The position numbers and the translations under genes are program-made. From Octopus bimaculoides (taxonomy: Eukaryota): a stretch of DNA of 64,000 nucleotides. Shown in pieces: positions 63,423 to 64,000 of the stretch. Position 1 is the stretch's first letter. Every line of letters starts with the position of its first letter. The DNA lies in assembly GCF_001194135.2 (NCBI RefSeq), contig NC_069007.1, forward strand, positions 11,106,488 to 11,170,487, given 5' to 3'. The notes under the pieces are model-generated. The model did no database searches and was not told where the DNA came from. It saw only the letters and a list, made by a program, of their open reading frames with translations.

Positions 63423-64000
63423 GTGAAATGCCGCTAAGCAATTTGCTCGCTGTGCTAATGGTTCTGTCAGTTTGCCGCCTTAAATTCAAAAACACAATTG
63501 ATTCAGGATAGTGCTATTCCAGTATGGCCCCTCCCCAGTGGCTAAATTCAGAAATAGAATTACATGTGTATGTGTGTGTTTGTAGAAGTTAGGATAAAAC
63601 TAGGGATATAATTGTCTGAAATCCATCATTGCAATGTTGCTCCATTATGGCCAGTGTCCAATAATTAAAACCATTATGGAATAAATGTGTTTAGAAGCTC
63701 CAGTGAACTTGATAACATAATCTGAATTATTGAAGTTGATAAACCATATCTGATGGTGATAAACCATAAAATTATATCCTGACTAACATATTCACAGACA
63801 CAGATGAAAGTTAATCCCATTTAGTGGTTTAATGAATTGATTACCATCTTGTGTTTCTTACTAATCAATAGATTTTTTTATCTAGCAAGTTTAGCCAGAA
63901 CACTAATGACTTTTGACAGTCTCCCTTTCTCTCTTTCCTTCTCTGTCTGTCTGTCTATCTGTCTGTTTTTTTTTATCCTTTTATGTTGGATATATAATAT

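Overview
This is AT-rich, gapped (about 17 N-runs) eukaryotic intronic or intergenic DNA, saturated with microsatellites and decayed transposons. The SINE families look like those of octopus genomes (inference from pattern recall, not a search). No intact protein-coding gene, rRNA or CRISPR array is supported; almost all ORFs in the track are microsatellite, gap or repeat read-through. Recognisable decayed coding remnants are five R4/Dong-type non-LTR fragments (four in (TAA)n tracts), one HERO-type and one CRE-type non-LTR element, two Penelope-like RT fragments, two Ty3/Gypsy remnants (one nested in the CRE element), a Helitron helicase tail and an RTE fragment. There are also many tRNA-derived SINEs, hAT and Tigger-like MITEs and several long fold-back repeats. 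Best finding: two unrelated small non-coding repeat families, two copies each, carry type I hammerhead ribozyme folds (1078-1123 and 1430-1475; 46096-46156 and 59648-59708), with the tandem or inverted layout known from Penelope pseudo-LTRs and retrozymes. Family letters A-G are my own working labels. Repeat boundaries are approximate unless TIR/TSD-defined.
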